A DNA stretch of 64,000 nucleotides, taken from contig CP089277.1 in NCBI GenBank assembly GCA_023920165.1, forward strand, positions 1,674,001 through 1,738,000, read 5' to 3'. How positions within the stretch are numbered: the stretch's first letter is position 1; each line of letters opens with the position of its first letter. Both the position numbers and the translations under genes were made by a program. Source of the DNA: Curvularia clavata (lineage: Eukaryota). This document shows, piece after piece, positions 46,080 to 57,788 of the stretch. The notes under the pieces are model-generated. The model searched no databases and was not told the DNA's origin. It saw nothing but the letters and a program-made list of their open reading frames with translations.

Positions 46080-47224
46080 TCAGTCGAGCTTACGGCGCTT
46101 GGCGTTATGTGATTGCTCGACTGTCCTTCCTAATTCAAAAGCATCCTTGGTGCTCAACCCTTTGAATAACTCTTCACGTTGAGCCTCAATATTCTGTCTT
46201 TCCTCCTCATTCTTTTGACGTTGTTCTTCAAGCTGCATGCGCTTCTTTTCGAGCTCCAAGCGTTCCTCAGTTAGGGCCAGAAGCTGGTCATTAATGTCGG
46301 CTATATCTGCTTGGAGTTTCATTTCCTTTTCGTAGAGATCGGCTAGTACTCGGACTACATCTTGACGAGGGGCCCTGGTCTTTGCAGGTAAGTACATTAG
46401 AATCCAATTGCTCTTGAGAACTAACTCACTTGAGCGGCACGACCAGTCTCTCCTGATGTACGTGATGCAGCTGGAATCGGAAGTTCTTGCGCGTACTGAA
46501 CCTTTGTGCAAAATCGCTGTTGCGATAAACCTTCTACCAGAGTTGTGTCACTGCTTTGGTTGCTCATCTCAAGGGCTAGCGACGTGCAAGGCTGTCTGTT
46601 GGATCTTGCTGGTGTGCTCTTCGATTCATTCTCAAACTCACGACAGGCTGACTTCAAGCCTTCGAGAAAACTTTTGTTCACAAGTAGGGGGAACTTGAGC
46701 TCAGAAATGCCGTTGTTTACAGCTTCCTCAGCTGCTAGCTTCTCGAGGAAGTAATACTTCGCCAGTGCGACGTTTTTGCTCTGAGATGCTTTTTTAGGCA
46801 TTTTAAATGCAACTGCACAATCTGCCGTTGAGCTGATGTTTTGACTGTGGTGCCATTCTTTCTTCTTAGTTGCGTCGTCATATGAATGGAAAAGCACCTC
46901 TGCTTTCCCACCCTCATCGTTTGGTGGGTAAAGTATGATCCAGACCTCCTGCATGTTGTCTGTCCACTGTTGACGAACATGTCCAAATAGTAGCATGAAC
47001 GAAACGGCATCGGGCTCGTGATGTTGTGGCTTAGTGATCAGCTTGTCAAGCGGTGCATAGTGGAGCGAGGAAGCGACAGGCTCTCCGAGCTCTTCACGAA
47101 GTTTAGCCAAGCTGGTAGAGGCAACGTTCGTTACGTTGAACGCACCCCTTTCGTTAGACGGAAGCGTCACTGTGGATAGTCAGTAATTAGGAAAGATTTA
47201 AAGGTAATAAATTTACTTACTCAT
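46080..47224 (-). CDS. Uncharacterised protein (paralogue B): 4-nt first coding exon 47224-47221, intron 47220-47170, second intron ~46429-46380, C-terminal coiled coil
   Basis: ATGA|gtaagt...ctgac...cag|TG joins in frame to the 249-aa ORF; GTGAGT...CTAAT...AAG joins to the coiled-coil ORF ending KRRKLD*. Confidence 0.7.
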
Positions 47225-47300
47225 GCCTAAGTTGGATGAATTTGTTGCCAAAAGTGGGGTTGATGAGTAATACAAGTTCGGGTTCAGTGTTGAGTATGAA

Positions 47301-47336
47301 ACGCGTCAATCCTATCATATGACGCGTGACACGCGA
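47301..47336. promoter_or_regulatory. Cluster of MCB-like (MBF) elements upstream of paralogue B
   Basis: ACGCGT at 47301 and 47322 and ACGCGA at 47331, in otherwise AT-rich DNA ~80-110 nt upstream of the ATG. Confidence 0.55.
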
Positions 47337-47708
47337 CCGTTTGTTCAATCTCTTTTTCATTTTAGGAGTGGGTCTTGCAAACGCCGGATACAAACTTTCA
47401 CTACGAGATCTCTCTTAGAGAGTAATGGTAAAAGGGTAGGACTATAGTATCTTCGCTGACTTTAAGATATACTCTCGTTCAAACTAGAGTGATATGTATG
47501 CATACTATACTTCTCATAGTGCAGAAGTAGACAGTTATGATTAAATATCTACAAGTCACCTGTGATATTTGAGGAAATATGATAATCTCAATTGGTGAGT
47601 AGTGAGCCGTTATGAAATTTCAAATCAGAACTAAGCCGTAAAGTAGGACAGATAGTACTAGAGTGGAGTTGTTATAATGCATCAAGTGAATAGATAACGA
47701 AAGTACAT

Positions 47709-48137
47709 ATGAACGGTCCTGTTTCTCTTTCTACTCCAAGTCCATCTAGATCATATCCCCACAATGAAGAGGAAATGAAGAAGTTCTCTCGCCGCAAGGT
47801 AAGCATAGCAAAAGGTCCACAAGATTCTAATGGTTGGGAAGATATTCCTTGCACTAAATGGCTACAGGATGCTGAGTGGATATTAGATCCTGTGAAAGTG
47901 TTGGAAACTGCTTGCATTCCCATAAAAGGCATCTTTGCAGACTCCTTGGTATCAGTACCCATGAGAATACCAGTGATTGTGCTGCAGCTTGCCTACCATG
48001 AACAGCTTGCAGTTGATCTAATGGGAGCACGCGTAGCTAATGCTCAAATTGCCACCCTGAGACGTGCGGGTAGCAACAATCCAGCCGAGGTAGCCGAGGC
48101 AGTTATACAGAACGGTGACGTGGCAACCCAGGAATAG
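47709..48137 (+). CDS. Hypothetical 142-aa ORF or gene remnant
   Basis: ATG ORF with protein-like composition, preceded by TA-rich degenerate sequence; no motif recognised. Confidence 0.3.
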   Translation: MNGPVSLSTPSPSRSYPHNEEEMKKFSRRKVSIAKGPQDSNGWEDIPCTKWLQDAEWILDPVKVLETACIPIKGIFADSLVSVPMRIPVIVLQLAYHEQLAVDLMGARVANAQIATLRRAGSNNPAEVAEAVIQNGDVATQE

Positions 48138-49226
48138 CACCGTAGAAGGCAACGTTGCCACCGGTGTCGAAGTTGGTTTTTGCGTTTGGTGCTTGGTGAT
48201 GCTACCCCTGAAATCCTTGCATTCACTAGTGGTTTAATCAGAAGTAGTGATCGGTGTATTTCAGAGGCAAGAGAGACTCACATGCGTACTCCGCAGTATT
48301 TCTTCCGGTTTTGAGGGATGCAGTTACGTTACTCAAGGACAGCCGGGGTCGGAGAGGCCATGTTACTTTCCCCATACAAGCATGGACCGTGTCTCTTATT
48401 TCCCGTCCCGTGACTCTTTCTGCCCTCCCCTTAGGAATTTACATGTGTCGGCTTGGGATCGAGGGCTTAGAGAATTGACTAACTATTAATGTGGTTTACC
48501 AGTGTTATGAACTATGTCATATAACTCAGGCGTGCCCTGAATAGTTGGTGATGTGGAAAAGAAGACTAGCACATATGGAATAGGCAGTACTACTTCTCCA
48601 TGGGAACTAAGCTCTGATATCTTGATCAGACATCCTATTAACCAACGTATTGCAGACATGAGGTTAGCATTTGCTTCGCGGAGTAAGTGCCGTGTCGGAC
48701 GGCATGTGTCCGATACAGCCGCATTTTCGCTCCCGATGGCGGGATGATATCGACTATTGCATGATCAGGGGCCGGGAAATCCTAGAGATTCACATGGTTG
48801 CGGTGGACCCTAGAATGTAGCACCCACACCGCTCTATCGAGCCAGCGTCGGTCAGAGAATGTATAGTTATAGTTATACAAAATTTGTACTAGAACCGTTC
48901 GCTAGTGTGGTAGTGCGTTGATCTGAATGTATTCATTCATCCTAGTAAATTTGCCCCGATATCAATGTTATGGCTCTATTGGTATCGGACGATTGGCGAC
49001 TTATGTTGGCATCAGGTCGGCTTCAGCAATACGAATTGGCGCTCACAAGGCATGGGTGCATATGCGATATAGATGATACATTACAATTGTTACTAATGGC
49101 TACAACATGAAGAACGCCAAGGAAACCCACTCATATTGTCGAAGTGATGGAAACAAGCCCGTATCATGGTCCTAGTCTTGGTTCGGGCTATTGCTGGCTG
49201 CTTTCAAACCCGCACTAATCGAAAGC

Positions 49227-51787
49227 CTACCAAATCTGGCACTGAGGTTCTTTGACCTTGCACTGGAAGCTTTCCTTGAATTCCCTAGAGTTCGCCATCG
49301 TACCCAAGATCCTAGCCCACATCGGAGCATGCGGGTCGGTGTAGATGCGATTGATCGCGGTGTCCTTGCGCGACTTACCACACCACCAATTGCTATAGCT
49401 GACGAAAAACATCTGCTCTTGTGTGAAGTAATCTAAGCCGGGAAGATTCTGGTTGGGCGTTTCAGCTGAGCGGCGCTTCCATGCTTGGAAGGCTGCTGAT
49501 AGACCGCCAGCGTCGGCGATATTCTCGCCAAGTGTGAGGCGACCATTGACATGAAGTGGCTTATCTTCAGGTCCAGGGACCGTGAAGTTGGAATACTGCT
49601 CGACGAAGCATTCAGTCTTGTGCTTAAAAGCATCAACTGTGGCATTGGACCACCAGTCGGTGTAGTTGCCATTTTGGTCATAATGACGGCCCGTGCTATC
49701 GAATGCGTGACTAAGCTCGTGACCGGCGACGGATCCAAACGCACCGTAGGACATGTACGCCGGGATATCGACGTCGAAGACGGGAAATTGCATGATACCT
49801 GCCGGGAAGACAATCTCATTGCCTGGGGGGTTGTAGTACGCGTTCACTGGACTCAATCAGCAGGTATATCAAAAGTGTCTCAAACACTATCACTCACCTG
49901 TCGGGACAGTCATGTCCCACTGGTCCCGATCAACAGGCTTGCCAAAAGCAGACCACTCCTGTTCGAAAGAGAAATGACGGGAAGCAACTGCATTTTCGAA
50001 GAATGCATCGGAAGAAACATTGACCGATGCATAATACTTCTGGAGTGTGGACGGGTCCATGATGTCGGGGCTCTTGGTTGGGTACCCAATCTTCTGAACG
50101 ATATTATGGACCTTTTCGACTGCCTTCTTGGTAGTATCATCATCCATCCATTCGGCTGCGTTGAGTTTCTTAGTGAACTCGGTTTTGATATCCTTTACAA
50201 TCGTGTCGCCAAACGTCTTAGCTTTGGCGGAGAAGGCCTTCTCTACAAAGAAGCGGCTAAGAATCCAACCCAGGCTGTTGTCGACATGACCAACACATGT
50301 GCGCCATCGCTCGGGAGCAGAATCAGGGTCCTGGCTAGGTTAGAATTCATATATGTGGATGGAAGGATGATTCATCTACCTTGCCAGACAGTACATTGGA
50401 AAAACGACGATACGGCTTAACGGCATCTGCTTCCACATAGGAAGAGAAGGATTGGACAGCTTTCCAAACGAAATAACTTTGGAGGACGTCTTTGGGTGTA
50501 GCGACCAGGATGGTTGATAAGTCCTTCAGATATTTCGGACTCATTACGATGACACGCTCAACCTTGGTGCCCTTGGGAGCCTGGGCTTCCAGCAACGCTT
50601 TTAGTTCGATCTCAGGAGCAAGTGCTGTAGCTTCGTCGATGTGCATTGGATTATAGTATTTCTAGAATTTGATTAGTTTTGAACAATACGTCAAGTTCAC
50701 AGGATCGCAACGAGACAAGGGACATGGCTCATCGAATAATAGCACCCGGACTTACAGTGACATCCTCTCTTTCTTCCTCACTGGGAGATGCAGCTGCAAG
50801 CTTCTTTTCGAGATCTACAATACTTGCAAACGTGGCTTTGTCTTGTTCTGGGAACAGAGCGCTAAGCACCTGAACAGTAACATCGCGATATTTCTCAACG
50901 AGCTTATCATCCTCATATCTCTCCTTAGACGGGAGTCCAAAGCTCCAAGGTGCGCCGACAGACACGACAACGACGTCGGGGTTCGTGTCATCTGCGCCAG
51001 CACCAGAAGAGACGAGACCGGAAATTCCGTACTTGGCCAAAAGGAGGATGGCGTCCTTGACCGAATGGGATTCTGATGCACCGATAGGGTAGGCCTTTTT
51101 GATCTCTTCCAGGATGCGTACGAGAGGTGAGACACCGACGCTCTTGATTTGATCTTCATTCAGGCAAGCATCGTAGACGGCCTTCATCTTGTCGAAGTTC
51201 TCCTCGTCTATGGATTTCGAAATGGACGCTAGCTGCATGGGCGAGAAGTAGGAATGCTGTGCATTGATTAGTTCCGTTCGTAGGCTTGGTTCCACGGGAG
51301 CTTACCTGTGAGTCTTTGGGGTAAGGCGCTTCAAGAATATGACGCAACAGCATCTGCGAGTTCTCGTACATAACAGTACCTGTGAAGATGCTACCTTGGT
51401 CAGCTCGGAGATCATGACGCTCCTTCCACCCGCCACAGACAAGCTCCTCAAAGTTGTCACATGGGTCAAGCTCTTGGTACTGTGGTGAGAGGCTGTTCAG
51501 AACCTCAGACGCCGCGTGTATGCAGGCTGGGGTCAGACACAGTTCGCTATCCTCTCGGTAGTCACCGGTAGGCTCATAGCTCGCTGGCACGTGTCAGCAG
51601 CGACGTCAATATAACCAAGGGCAATATACATACCACGGGGGAGACCGTAAAGAATGAGTGCAGCTGTAGCAGCGATGGCCAATACTCTGCTCATCGCATG
51701 GCGTTTGGTTGAGTAAGCTGCCGGCTTTTGCTGTCCAGTTGTAGATGGGACGGGTGTAGCGGACGCGAGGAACGCCTTCTCAGACAT
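49227..51787 (-). CDS. M13 family zinc metallopeptidase (neprilysin/endothelin-converting enzyme-like), multi-exon, N-terminal signal anchor
   Basis: LCLTPACIHAAS, DPCDNFEELVCGGW, VNAYY, NEIVFPAGI, GHELSHAFD (HExxH), TLGENIAD, DPHAP, C-terminal CQIW; about five introns link the ORF pieces. Confidence 0.93.
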
Positions 51788-53176
51788 GATGGGCTACGGG
51801 CAATCCCTGATAGATTTGGAACTTGAGGTCGTTGTATGGAAACAGAGTTTGCGATGCCAGCCAGCTGAACACCAGGATGCAGTGTTGATGGAGTAGAGAG
51901 ATGAGGGATGGCAGATGACGGAGCAGTCGATGCCTAGGAGTGGAGATCCGGGGTGTGCAGCTGACGCATGGGGTTGGCGCGGAAACGCGAGCGGGACCTT
52001 GCATATGCATGACTCGCCGTTTCTAAACGTCATGCACTTTCTGGCAGTGACACATGTAGGTGCTCGTGTTAAAGCAGGGAGCTGGATACGCCATCGATCG
52101 CGAAGATTGAATACAACACACTCTAGATACGTGAAGCCTAAGGTTAAGATGCAAGCGCTCGACTTTTCCGATTTGTGCAAAGTGTTTCTGTGCCTAAGAG
52201 TTTCGTATACTACTCTCAACCTGTGCAGCCGTGTTTGAACAGCTGCATTGCAATTGCTTTATTTGTCCCGACGTTTGTTCTGCTTATGATGGATTTCTGG
52301 CGATACCGATTTGAAGCTACCGTATCTCCATTTTCGGTTATGGTCACTCAGACTGCCAACCGCCACACGTGATTTAGCTATCCAGTCTGACCTGTATCGG
52401 ATGTTGAGCAACGGACAGAATGATTTTTTAACTCTACTCATCCGCTCACAGCTTGTCAAAGGCATGTAATGTCTTATTCCGACAACTTCGAGATCTATTT
52501 CACGTGACCCAGACTTCCAGCCAGATCGACGTTGGGCGAAATCTAACTTTCCACACATATCCTGTGCAACCGCTGGTCTTGGGTACCGTCAAAGAGTGAT
52601 CTGTTGTGCGGGATACGAATGTGGCGCGTGACTTCGTGGTGGGGTCTTCCGGGCAGCATTGCCATTCCGGCGGTATCTAAAGCGCCGGTGAACATCTTAA
52701 AATAACTATACAATGCTCATTATGCTTATTGTTGAGTGCTTTAACGAGTTGTGCCTGGTGTTGAAATGGGCGGGTAGGTGACAGAGTCCCAAATAGGATT
52801 AATCATCCCCGGAGTTATATATGTTGCTATCTCCGGTTCCTTAAAGATGACATCTCTCGTCGTGGACTCCAAGGGCAAGTCAGTATGATCCAACCTCGGC
52901 AAAATCTTTCACGGGTAAGCATGAGTACACTACAGTCACGTGAACTTGATGGTCTCAGCACAGTCCTGTAAGATACCCAATGATGAAGCCCCTAGCCGAT
53001 GCACCTCGGTCTGTTGTTGGTGACGCTAACGAGTAGTACGCGTACACATGCGGCGGGGCAGAAACGCGGCAATAAGTACTCGAATTCTCCTTCTCAGACA
53101 TGATGATTGTATCCCAAACCAAAGGCTCTATTTATTAACTTAGTTGTAAAATCAGCATATATTTCTAAACCCTAAC

Positions 53177-54244
53177 ATGGCCTTGGATTTTTCGCAATAC
53201 GGCGGGCCATCTGAAGAATGGCTTGCCCTCGAGAAGACCCTGCCAGCAACAAGATTCGATACCTCACTCGACCCCGTCGCCATCAGAGCAGCTGTTAACG
53301 CTGAAAGAGAAGAGCAGGCTGCGAAAGCAATGAAGCTTTTTGAGTCACGTGTCCGCACTAAGGACTATTCAATACCCACCAGGGACGGCTCAAAGATCGA
53401 GGCACGGACCTATCGATCCATAGAGAAAGAAGATTCCGAAAAACTTCCTGTATACCTTTACTTCCACGGTGGAGGCTTCATATTTGGGTCTCTCAGCAGC
53501 CAGGATCCAACGTGTGCGCAGACTGCTATCGAAACAGGATGTGTTGTTCTGAACGTCAACTATCGACACACACCAGAGCATACTTTTCCCACAGCCTGGC
53601 ACGACTCTCAAGACGCCTTTATTTGGCTTCATAAGAACATCCAAGAGATTGGAGGCGATCCTTCCAGAGTCATCGTTGGCGGTGTCTCGGCAGGAGGTGC
53701 ACTATCGGCTTCGCTCATGCTGGAACACCATCTCGGGAAGAACGATGCTATGAAAGGGCTCCCAGCCTTGGTGGGCCAAGTCCTCATCATTCCACTTCTC
53801 GCATCGCCATACACGTACGAACAAGGCCCTGGTAAAAAGCTCAAACGATCATCGTACATTGAGAATGCGAATGCCCCTATCCTGACCAAAGATGTTACCG
53901 AATTCTTCACCGGTCTCCTGAAAACAGGGATACCTGATTTCAAAGACACTAAACTCAACATTGTGAATGCCACCATAGAGGAAGTCAAGGGCATGCCGCC
54001 TACAGTCTTCGGCATTGCTGGTTTAGACCCTCTACGCGACGAGGCATTGCTGTATGCCAAGACGCTCACGGAAGCGAATGTGCCTACTAATATCACGCTC
54101 TTCAAGGGCGTGCCTCACGGTCACAGGAGGTTTGGAAAAGCACTCAAAGCCTCTGATCACTGGGACCAGTGTGTCAATGGAGGTATATCTTGGATTTTGT
54201 CGAAGCCAGAGGCTACTGGCAAGTTTGATGTAAAGATACCATAG
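53177..54244 (+). CDS. Alpha/beta hydrolase, hormone-sensitive-lipase (abhydrolase_3) family, 355 aa
   Basis: FHGGGF oxyanion motif, NYRHTPEH.FP, GVSAG nucleophile elbow, DPLRDE, PHG. Confidence 0.93.
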   Translation: MALDFSQYGGPSEEWLALEKTLPATRFDTSLDPVAIRAAVNAEREEQAAKAMKLFESRVRTKDYSIPTRDGSKIEARTYRSIEKEDSEKLPVYLYFHGGGFIFGSLSSQDPTCAQTAIETGCVVLNVNYRHTPEHTFPTAWHDSQDAFIWLHKNIQEIGGDPSRVIVGGVSAGGALSASLMLEHHLGKNDAMKGLPALVGQVLIIPLLASPYTYEQGPGKKLKRSSYIENANAPILTKDVTEFFTGLLKTGIPDFKDTKLNIVNATIEEVKGMPPTVFGIAGLDPLRDEALLYAKTLTEANVPTNITLFKGVPHGHRRFGKALKASDHWDQCVNGGISWILSKPEATGKFDVKIP

Positions 54245-54480
54245 ATTTAGGTGCATACCAAGACGATGAAATGATGATATGGATTTGAGATGCTACTGGA
54301 AGCAACAATTAATCATCATTATAGTGAAAAAAACAGAGACGTGGAGTCAACCTGCAAATCAGGCTACATGATGGACAAGACAAAAGTGCGATGAAATCAG
54401 TTACCTATTTAAGCATCACGCCAACGAATGTCCGAAAAAATTCGAAGCTATCCCAAGTGCATCCGTCATTCCAAGTATCC

Positions 54481-55404
54481 TCAGATCTTGTTCACAAACT
54501 CCAGCACGCTCTCAACGAAACCCTCTGGGTTTTCTTCCGCGATATAATGCCCCGCCTCCTCCACGGTGCGCATCTCAGCCCCTTCATGGCACTCAGTAGC
54601 CATCGTCTCCATACCCTCAGTGAGCATGAACCCCTTTCCCATCAACAGCAATGACGGCACTTTGACCTTTCCATGCTCCGCCATCCACTTTCTGTTCTCT
54701 TCTGCATCTTGTTCAAATGCACGGTAAATCTCCAATCCAGCTCTAATAGCACCAGGTTGCGAATACGCGAGGACGTAATTTTCCAAGTCACCCGGTGTGA
54801 TAGCAGCGGTATTTAGCACGAGCTTGTCAAAGAAGTGTTTGAGATATTCGCGTTCTTTGCCCGCAATGAGGAACTCAGGCAGGTCTGGAACGCGATGGAA
54901 CACAAAGTGGAAGACGCCAGGAGTGCTCTTCACTTGTTCGTAGTATGAGGTTCCTGGGAGTGGGCATTCACCCCAGATGACGCTGCAAGTGTGCTCTGGA
55001 TAGCGCGAAGCGTATGCGAATGCAATCATGCCGCCAATGTCGTGACCGACCACGTGGATCTTCTCTTTGATGCCGAAGTGTGATTGGACTAGGGTGTGCA
55101 AGTCCTCGGCCATCTGTGTTTTCTGGTAGCCAAGTAAAGGCTTTGAAGACTGACCTGCGCCGCGGTAGTCTGGTGCTATGACTCGGTAACCAGCATCTGA
55201 TAGCGGGTTGATGACGTGACGGAACTGATAGGATGTCTGAGGAAAGCCATGAATAAGGAGGATCACACCTTTGAATTCGGTAGAAGGCGTTGGCGGACAT
55301 TCGATATAATGCAGACGTATTTCCTCACCGGATTTGGTGGTGATTGAGGCAATGCGCTGGATCCAGCGCGAGCTGTCGACGAGCGGGGTCTGCAGAAGAT
55401 TCAT
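54481..55404 (-). CDS. Alpha/beta hydrolase, epoxide hydrolase/haloacetate dehalogenase-like, 307 aa
   Basis: LIHGFPQT, APDYRGAGQS, GHDIGG (Asp nucleophile), GHYIAEENP; no introns. Confidence 0.92.
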   Translation of the reverse strand: MNLLQTPLVDSSRWIQRIASITTKSGEEIRLHYIECPPTPSTEFKGVILLIHGFPQTSYQFRHVINPLSDAGYRVIAPDYRGAGQSSKPLLGYQKTQMAEDLHTLVQSHFGIKEKIHVVGHDIGGMIAFAYASRYPEHTCSVIWGECPLPGTSYYEQVKSTPGVFHFVFHRVPDLPEFLIAGKEREYLKHFFDKLVLNTAAITPGDLENYVLAYSQPGAIRAGLEIYRAFEQDAEENRKWMAEHGKVKVPSLLLMGKGFMLTEGMETMATECHEGAEMRTVEEAGHYIAEENPEGFVESVLEFVNKI

Positions 55405-55829
55405 GATTGACGGGTTATGGAGTAAATGTGGTATTCCAGAACGAAGACTGGAAGCTCAGGTCTATTTAATCACTTATACAGCGCAGTGGCATAACCTCTG
55501 GGTATTTGTAATCACATAGGTTTGGAAAGGTGGATATTGCAGGAATGACGCTCCAGCAGCGTCATGTGCAACTTCAAATATGCGCGACTCAGAACAAGAA
55601 GGTCAGTCCCTTTAGAGAAACGACAGAAAAGAGAGAAGCTTCTACGACCTTGTAACGTAGCAACCGACCCTACTCCTATTCTCGAATAGATTGAGGTCGC
55701 GTCCAGAATTCGCATTCCTGGCCTGACCTAGCAGCATCAGCTCTGAAGGGGGACCAGAAACAGCTCACCGTATAGGCATCTTGGCCGACTACACATAGAC
55801 AAAGCAGAATTGAACCACTTACTCCGCCT

Positions 55830-57245
55830 TCAGTATATGCTTTCCATTGTCTCCTCATTACTGAACATAAACTTCACTCTGATCTTCTGAAATGTCGCCA
55901 CTAATTTCTCGGCGACCAACTTTGGTGCAGGTTCCCCAACAATACATTCTAGAGTTCTCAACTGGGAAGGCGTGGTGGAAAGATCAGTGTAAAAATTCAT
56001 CAAAGCGTCCTCCACGGGCTCATCCCACTCTGTATTGATGCTGAGTGTTTCGAGAGATTCTGGTAGAATTGCAGATAGGCGAGGGCGGTCAAGGTCAACA
56101 CAGTCTCCAAAAATGACGAGGTCTGACACATTGAGTTGCTTCAGTGAAGTAAATTCGCGAAAGCTTCCAAACGCGTGGATGTCTTGATTCATGGCAAATT
56201 GGTACGGAGCATCCATGATGTCCAAAGTTAAGACTTCGAGAGAGTCTCTTAATGCCAACAAGACGTTTCGATATGCTGGAAGGTCAAACTTCGTCGCGGA
56301 CTCCCAAGACACGTTGGATGTAGGAAATGAAGGAAGACTACCAATGTTTCGCCAACGACATTCAAAGTGTTTCAATGCTGTGAAAGGCAGCATAACATGC
56401 CCAAATACGTGTTTATCGACGTGTTTGCCATATAGTGACATCTTATCCATTTCGACAGAAGCTGTTGAGGGTCTAAGGCTTTCTCCGCGCTCGTATTCCA
56501 GCAATTTTATGAGTTGGGTTTTTGTGCATTGACATCCGGCGTCGTATCGGCGCAGGTGTAATGGACCACTATTGGGTGCGTAAATCCATATTGTTCGAAG
56601 AGGATTAATGGGACAATATCTTTTGCAAGCAAAGACAGACGAATAGTACCATTCAGGTGTTATGACTGCCTGAGATAAATTTTGGGCAATCGCTATTAGG
56701 CAGAGAGTCGCAACCTTGAGACGGCCAAAAAGTCCATAGAGGCGTGATAAGTGCTGCAGGTTTCTAGAGAAGGATTCGCAAAGCGAGAAATCTAATGGAT
56801 CAGTAGACCAGGCGAAAGTTGACAAGTAGTCGCCGTATATTGTCATGTCCGACTCTTTCAAGCTGTGAGGAGATCTGCTTTCGCGAGACCGAATTTTGTG
56901 CCAATGGAGGGCGCACTCAGGGCTCTCGATATACTGGATATATCGACATAGCTCTGCTTTTTCGATGAGGGTTCGTAGTAAAAACTTCACCAGACGTGTA
57001 GGTGTCTGAGAAAACACAATACACTGGTAGAGTGATGGTGTCGCAATGGCGTTCAGCTTCCGGCACGTTAGAATCAAGGCATGAATGCCCAGCACCGTCA
57101 ACGTGTTTTCTTTCTGACGCCCAGCTTCAGCCTCGCGGTTAGCTATGGGGCCACGCTTAATCTCCAAATAAGATACGATGGCGGCAAGCAGCTCATCGGG
57201 TAGCTCGCCGATGGGACACGGTATGGCTTTGTCGGCTGGATTCAT
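55830..57245 (-). CDS. F-box-like/leucine-rich-repeat-like protein, 471 aa
   Basis: IGELPDELLAAIVSYL N-terminus; LxxLxL repeats (SLEVLTLD, SLKQLNVS, LPESLETLSI). Confidence 0.8.
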   Translation of the reverse strand: MNPADKAIPCPIGELPDELLAAIVSYLEIKRGPIANREAEAGRQKENTLTVLGIHALILTCRKLNAIATPSLYQCIVFSQTPTRLVKFLLRTLIEKAELCRYIQYIESPECALHWHKIRSRESRSPHSLKESDMTIYGDYLSTFAWSTDPLDFSLCESFSRNLQHLSRLYGLFGRLKVATLCLIAIAQNLSQAVITPEWYYSSVFACKRYCPINPLRTIWIYAPNSGPLHLRRYDAGCQCTKTQLIKLLEYERGESLRPSTASVEMDKMSLYGKHVDKHVFGHVMLPFTALKHFECRWRNIGSLPSFPTSNVSWESATKFDLPAYRNVLLALRDSLEVLTLDIMDAPYQFAMNQDIHAFGSFREFTSLKQLNVSDLVIFGDCVDLDRPRLSAILPESLETLSINTEWDEPVEDALMNFYTDLSTTPSQLRTLECIVGEPAPKLVAEKLVATFQKIRVKFMFSNEETMESIY

Positions 57246-57788
57246 TGTGTGGCTATCGGCGTATCAAACAGCGAGACAAGAAGATGCCCCTCTTCAGGCG
57301 CGATCTTGCCAGAGGCACTAAGATATGGAATCGGGTCGGTCCGGAAATTGCATATTGCACCATCTGTCCTTGCGACATGGTGATGCCTTGGATGCTTTAT
57401 CGAATGGATGGGGCATGGGTGCCACGCGCTAGGTAGAAGCACGGCCCTACATTTGAGGCATTACGTCCACGATCTGCCTGAGGTCCCTGGCCAGGTGAAA
57501 CCCTGGCACCTTCAACGGCCAATGTGGTTCTCTCGCTCTTCTGTCAGAGATGCATAAATGCCGTATATTTTGTCGCATGTTGTTCGCGTACCAACGCGTA
57601 ACGTATCACGTTGCCGCCCCGGCGCACCTCGCATCTCCGCAATGATCCAAATGGTCAATACGCGGCAGAGGGCTAGGGTTTTGCGGTTGGCGCTGATCGT
57701 ATAGCTATGAGCATATAAAGCCTCAGAACAAGATATCAGGGCAGGACAAGACCTGCCACAACTGTCATTGCCTCCCATTACCGCAACA

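Noticed and set aside
48690..48718. Short inverted repeat (TGTCGGAC...GTCCGATA)
   Set aside because: Isolated imperfect hairpin with no target-site duplication or second copy in the window.
49551..50420. 289-aa plus-strand ORF
   Set aside because: Antisense shadow of the M13 peptidase exons.
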